Shown here: piece after piece, positions 59,860 through 64,000 of the stretch
Position numbering within the stretch: the first letter of the stretch is position 1
How the letters are laid out: the number at the start of each line of letters is the position of its first letter
Assembly (NCBI GenBank): GCA_016201905.1
Contig: JACQBQ010000018.1
Location: 56,667 to 120,666, forward strand
Source of the DNA: Candidatus Melainabacteria bacterium
GTDB lineage: Bacteria; Cyanobacteriota; Vampirovibrionia; 2-02-FULL-35-15
Direction of reading: 5' to 3'
Length of the DNA stretch: 64,000 nucleotides
Notes under the pieces: model-generated
Databases searched by the model: none
The model's input: only the letters and a program-made list of their open reading frames with translations
Told to the model about the DNA's origin: nothing
Position numbers and translations under genes: made by a program

Positions 59860-60420
59860 ATGTCAAGAATAGGAAAAAATCCGATACAAATACCAGAAAA
59901 AGTAGAAGCTACTATTTCTGATTCTCCCTCTGGGCAAACCGTAAAGGTGAAAGGTCCAAAAGGAGAACTTGAAAGTATTTTTAGAAAAGAAATAAAAATT
60001 ACTAAAGAGGAAAATAAAATTGTTTTGAAAAGAGATAGCGATGAAAAGCTAAATAAAAGTCTTCATGGAATGACAAGATCTTTAATTCAAAATATGATCC
60101 TTGGAGTTACTCAAGGGTATAAGAAAGAATTAGATATAGTTGGAGTTGGTTATAGAGCACAAGTACAAAACAATAAACTCCTTTTGCAAATAGGATACAG
60201 TCATCCTGTAGAAGTTGAATCACCTACAAAAGAAACAAAGATCGAAGTAGATAAAAACCAGACACGTATAACCATAACAGGCATAAGTAAACAAACTGTT
60301 GGTGACCTTGCTGCTCAGATAAGGTCTGTTAGGTTACCTGAGCCTTACAAAGGAAAAGGTATTAAATATTCTGATGAAAGAGTAAGAAGGAAGGTTGGAA
60401 AGTCTGCTGCTAAGAAATAG
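59860..60420 (+). CDS. rplF: 50S ribosomal protein L6
   Basis: MSRIGK.PI (ATG at 59860), [15 protein letters not shown]. Confidence 0.97.
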   Translation: MSRIGKNPIQIPEKVEATISDSPSGQTVKVKGPKGELESIFRKEIKITKEENKIVLKRDSDEKLNKSLHGMTRSLIQNMILGVTQGYKKELDIVGVGYRAQVQNNKLLLQIGYSHPVEVESPTKETKIEVDKNQTRITITGISKQTVGDLAAQIRSVRLPEPYKGKGIKYSDERVRRKVGKSAAKK

Positions 60421-60431
60421 GTTATAAAACA

Positions 60432-60800
60432 ATGATTATAAAAACTTCAAAAAAAGAAAGAGCAAGAAAAAGGCATAATAGGATCAGAAAAAAAATTTCT
60501 GGGACAAAAGAAATGCCAAGACTGTCTCTTTATAAATCAAATAAACATATTTATGCTCAGCTGATAGATGATGTTCAGTCTTCTACGCTTGCTTATTGTT
60601 CTACGCTACAGCCATTGCTGAAAAAAGAACTAAAGGCCACTTGGTCTAAAGAAGCAGCAAAAAAGATAGGTGAATTAATTGCTAAAGATGCTTTATCGAA
60701 AGGTATAAAAAAAGTTGTTTTTGATAGAGGTGGGAATAGATATCATGGTAAAGTTTTAGCTTTTGCTGAAGGAGCAAGAGCCAGTGGTTTAGAGTTTTAA
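60432..60800 (+). CDS. rplR: 50S ribosomal protein L18
   Basis: RH.RIRKK..GT...PRL, HIYAQ.IDD, VVFDRGG..YHG. Confidence 0.97.
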   Translation: MIIKTSKKERARKRHNRIRKKISGTKEMPRLSLYKSNKHIYAQLIDDVQSSTLAYCSTLQPLLKKELKATWSKEAAKKIGELIAKDALSKGIKKVVFDRGGNRYHGKVLAFAEGARASGLEF

Positions 60801-60828
60801 TTAAAAAATTAGCAAGGAAAAGTGAATT

Positions 60829-61605
60829 ATGACTGAAGAAGAAAAAGAAAATATAACAGAGCAAGTACAAAACCAGGAAGAAAAACCATCTGATGCTCCT
60901 CGTGAGGAATCATCTAAGCCTTCTGGTGAAGAGGCTGTAGATGCTGGTGAACCAAAAGCTGTTTTGCCTGATGAAGAGGCTGAAGAGGAAGATGAATTAA
61001 GTGAGCTAACTGGTATTGAAGAAGCAACAGAACAAGAAATTGTCCAGAAAGTTACAAAGAAAGAAACATTCAAAAAGAGAAAGAAACGACGCGGTGACAA
61101 ATCTCAGGATAAAAAGGAAGCTTCGGAATGGATTGAAAAAGTTGTTCAAATAAGAAGAGTTACTAAGGTTGTAAAAGGCGGGAAGAAACTAAGTTTTAGA
61201 GCTGTTGTAATTGTAGGCAATGCTAAAGGACAGGTTGGCGTAGGTGTAGGAAAAGCTCTGGAAGTTATAAGTGCAATTCAAAAAGGTGTTGTTGATGCAA
61301 AGAAAAGTTTAGTAACAGTGCCGCTTATTGATTCGACTATTCCTCATCAGGTTCTTGGTAGAGCAGGGGCTGCAAAGGTACTTTTAAAACCAGCCAGAGA
61401 AGGGACAGGTATAAAAGCAGGTGGAGCAGCAAGAACAGTTCTTGAACTAGGTGGTATTGGAGATATATTGTCAAAGTCACTAGGTTCGAGGTCTCCGCTA
61501 AACGTAGCAAGAGCAACTTTAAATGGCTTAGTTCAGTTGAGAAAATTTGATGGAGTAGCAAAGTTAAGAGGATTGACTTTAAAGGAAATGATATCTGCAA
61601 GTTAA
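60829..61605 (+). CDS. rpsE: 30S ribosomal protein S5 with an acidic N-terminal extension
   Basis: [17 protein letters not shown], preceded by about 90 aa rich in Glu. Confidence 0.96.
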   Translation: MTEEEKENITEQVQNQEEKPSDAPREESSKPSGEEAVDAGEPKAVLPDEEAEEEDELSELTGIEEATEQEIVQKVTKKETFKKRKKRRGDKSQDKKEASEWIEKVVQIRRVTKVVKGGKKLSFRAVVIVGNAKGQVGVGVGKALEVISAIQKGVVDAKKSLVTVPLIDSTIPHQVLGRAGAAKVLLKPAREGTGIKAGGAARTVLELGGIGDILSKSLGSRSPLNVARATLNGLVQLRKFDGVAKLRGLTLKEMISAS

Positions 61606-61659
61606 GACTTGGGGTAATATAATATAGACAAAAATAGGCAAAATCAGTAAAACATAAAA

Positions 61660-62178
61660 ATGAAATTAACAGATTTAAAATCAAGCAAAGGATCCAGAAG
61701 GGAAGCAAAAGAAGTTGGCCGCGGCAGAGCGTCAGGTCATGGAAAGACATGCTGTCGTGGAAATAATGGGCAGGGACAAAGAGCAGGTAAGGGAATGAGG
61801 CTTGGTTTTGAAGGTGGACAAACCCCTTTATACAGAAGGCTTCCAAAATTTCAAACAAATGAAAGACCAAATAGAAGAGTTTGGACTATACTCAACCTTT
61901 CTGATTTAGAAAAACTTTCAAATCAGAAACAAATTACTCCAGAGCTTCTTTTAGAAAAAGGTATTATTGATAAATTGAACGATGGCTTAAGAGTATTAGG
62001 TGATGGTGACTTTAAATCTTCTGCTTTGGTAAAAGCACATTATTTTTCAAAATCAGCAAAAGAAAAAATTGAAGCAAGTGGTGGTAAATGTGAATTGATT
62101 GAAGTTAAATCAAGAGAATTAAATAATAAAAAAACAGTAAAGGTAGAAAAGAAAACGGAAAAAAAGAGACAAAAATAA
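61660..62178 (+). CDS. rplO: 50S ribosomal protein L15
   Basis: GRG..SG.GKT, GFEGGQTPLYRRLPK. Confidence 0.97.
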   Translation: MKLTDLKSSKGSRREAKEVGRGRASGHGKTCCRGNNGQGQRAGKGMRLGFEGGQTPLYRRLPKFQTNERPNRRVWTILNLSDLEKLSNQKQITPELLLEKGIIDKLNDGLRVLGDGDFKSSALVKAHYFSKSAKEKIEASGGKCELIEVKSRELNNKKTVKVEKKTEKKRQK

Positions 62179-62192
62179 ATAAGAAGTAAACT

Positions 62193-63656
62193 ATGGCGGT
62201 CTCTGCAAGAAAACTTGGAAAAGAAGCTGATATCATAACCTTTGCTGAAATGTTTAAAGTTGCTGGCTTAATGCCAAAGATTCTTTTTACCATTGGAATG
62301 CTTTTTATTTACAGGCTTGGAGCTCATATTCCACTAATAGGTGTTAATCATGATCTTTTAAAAAGATCAAATGTGCTTACCAGCGGACTTTTGGGGCTAG
62401 TTGATTTATTTGCTGGTGGTGCTCTTAGTGCTTTGTCGATTTTTGCTTTAGGAATTGGACCATATATTACTTCTTCGATCATTATGCAGTTAATGACTGA
62501 GGTTATTCCAGCCTTAAAAAATATGCAGAGAGAACAGGGAGAGCAGGGAAGAAAACAATTCCAACAACTTATAAGAAGAACAACAGTAGTTTTGGCAATA
62601 ATACAATCATTAGCTTTAGCTAGGTTTCTGGATGTAGCAGGTGTGGCTTATGTGGGTACGCCAGCTTTTTATTTAAACACCATTGTAATTCTTGCATGCT
62701 CAAGTGTATTTATTATGTGGCTTGGAGAAGTGATTACTGAAAGAGGAATTGGCAATGGAGCATCGATATTGATTTTTATTGGAATTGCTTCCAGAATGCC
62801 AATCATGATAAGAGATACTGTTACTGCATTAAACACTGGTTCATCACCAGCATGGGGGGTTGCTGTTTTGCTTATGGTATTTTGTTTGTTAATAGTTTTG
62901 ATTATTTTTATCCAAGAAGGTGCAAGGAAAGTTTTGGTATTAGGGGCACGAAGGCAAACCGCAGGTGGACGAGTGGCTAGTGCGCCTGATCACTATATGC
63001 CGCTAAAAATCAATCCAGCAGGTGTCTTGCCAATTATATTTGCCAGCTCATTAATGTTTCTCCCATTACAATTGCTTGCTTTTGCTGGATTACAAAATAA
63101 ATCAATTTCAATAACTCTTAGGGACTTTTTTACAAATACACCTGGATTTGCACAACTTTGTTTTGCTTTGTCTCAAGTAAAAGTTGGTGAAAATTATATA
63201 TTCAGTGATTTTGGTAACTTTCTTGCCTTGCAAGTTGAATACCTTTTTAGGAGCGGACACTGGCAGCATTCATCGGTGTACTTTTTGTTGATCATTTTAT
63301 TTTCGTATTTTTATGCTTCAATTATTTTAAATCCGCGTGAAGTAGCTGAGAACCTAAAGAAAAATGGCTCAGCAATTCAAGGAGTAAAGCCCGGAAAGCC
63401 TACCAGTGATTACCTCGATATGATTATAAACAGGATAATTTTTGTCGGAGCAATAGCAATTGGTTTAATTGCAGTTTTGCCAATACATGTAGAGCATCTT
63501 TGTCAGGTAGCTACATTAGGTGGTTTAGGAAGTACATCGCTCATAATTTTAGTTGGTGTTGCAATTGATACCAGAAATCAAATTATTACTTATGCGCAAA
63601 CTCACAGGTATCAGACAAGAAGTATATTAAGTTTTGGCTCAAAGAAACCTTTATGA
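62193..63656 (+). CDS. secY: Preprotein translocase subunit SecY
   Basis: ALGIGPYIT.SIIMQL, GIGNG.S, PIIFA, PG.PT..YL, G.TSLII.VGV. Confidence 0.97.
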   Translation: MAVSARKLGKEADIITFAEMFKVAGLMPKILFTIGMLFIYRLGAHIPLIGVNHDLLKRSNVLTSGLLGLVDLFAGGALSALSIFALGIGPYITSSIIMQLMTEVIPALKNMQREQGEQGRKQFQQLIRRTTVVLAIIQSLALARFLDVAGVAYVGTPAFYLNTIVILACSSVFIMWLGEVITERGIGNGASILIFIGIASRMPIMIRDTVTALNTGSSPAWGVAVLLMVFCLLIVLIIFIQEGARKVLVLGARRQTAGGRVASAPDHYMPLKINPAGVLPIIFASSLMFLPLQLLAFAGLQNKSISITLRDFFTNTPGFAQLCFALSQVKVGENYIFSDFGNFLALQVEYLFRSGHWQHSSVYFLLIILFSYFYASIILNPREVAENLKKNGSAIQGVKPGKPTSDYLDMIINRIIFVGAIAIGLIAVLPIHVEHLCQVATLGGLGSTSLIILVGVAIDTRNQIITYAQTHRYQTRSILSFGSKKPL

Positions 63657-64000
63657 ACCAAGATGTTGGTACTTTGTTTTTAAATACTAAGCAAAAGCTT
63701 CAATCAAAACTGGTTTTAATTAGTAATTTTATTTCTACACTAACTTTGAGTTTACTGGAGGCATTCCAATTAGTTTTTATTCAAAGAAAAATATATATAA
63801 ATAATTTTCTTGAAAGCTTAAGAAAAATAATATGGACATGCTTGCCAATTGCTACTCTAACAGTGGGTACGAGTTCAATTATTTATTCTATTCATGTAGC
63901 ACCTGAGTTTGCAGAAAGGGGTTTAAGTGTTTATCTGGGTGGATTGGTAGCACTGGCTTTAATTCGTGAGGGTGCTCCTGTAATGGGGGCATTGGCTATA
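63653..64000 (+). CDS. MlaE-family ABC transporter permease, partial
   Basis: ATG overlaps the secY TGA; manual translation ends LGGLVALALIREGAPVMGALAI, matching the MlaE RE..P motif. Confidence 0.8.
   Translation, partial: MNQDVGTLFLNTKQKLQSKLVLISNFISTLTLSLLEAFQLVFIQRKIYINNFLESLRKIIWTCLPIATLTVGTSSIIYSIHVAPEFAERGLSVYLGGLVALALIREGAPVMGALAI

Overview
An AT-rich bacterial chromosomal window made up mostly of housekeeping genes. The gene set suggests a non-photosynthetic cyanobacterial relative (Melainabacteria/Vampirovibrionia; inference): ictB, DUF4330, DUF3326, gshB, a SigF-type sigma factor, cyanobacterial-type tRNA-Lys, no rpmD, flhB present, and no photosynthesis genes. It holds central metabolism and repair genes, two tRNAs, a partial atp cluster and a ribosomal operon running rplD to secY. 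Four features stand out. (1) Two structured RNA motifs I do not recognise, A and B, each present twice: in tandem before flhB, A alone before rpmE and B alone before nrdR. The A loop (GGUGA) is complementary to the invariant B loop (UCACC). (2) A very divergent flagellar-type switch module (FlgN-like, FlgM-like, FlhB, FliA-like, FliK-like). (3) At least three palindromic repeat families, several inserted in frame in conserved proteins (UvrC twice, RimO, PriA, a Xer paralog). (4) A catalytically dead Xer-type recombinase translationally coupled to priA. Several ribosomal proteins carry long extensions, and a tRNA-Gly sits inside the spc operon. All calls are by eye; no database searches were run.
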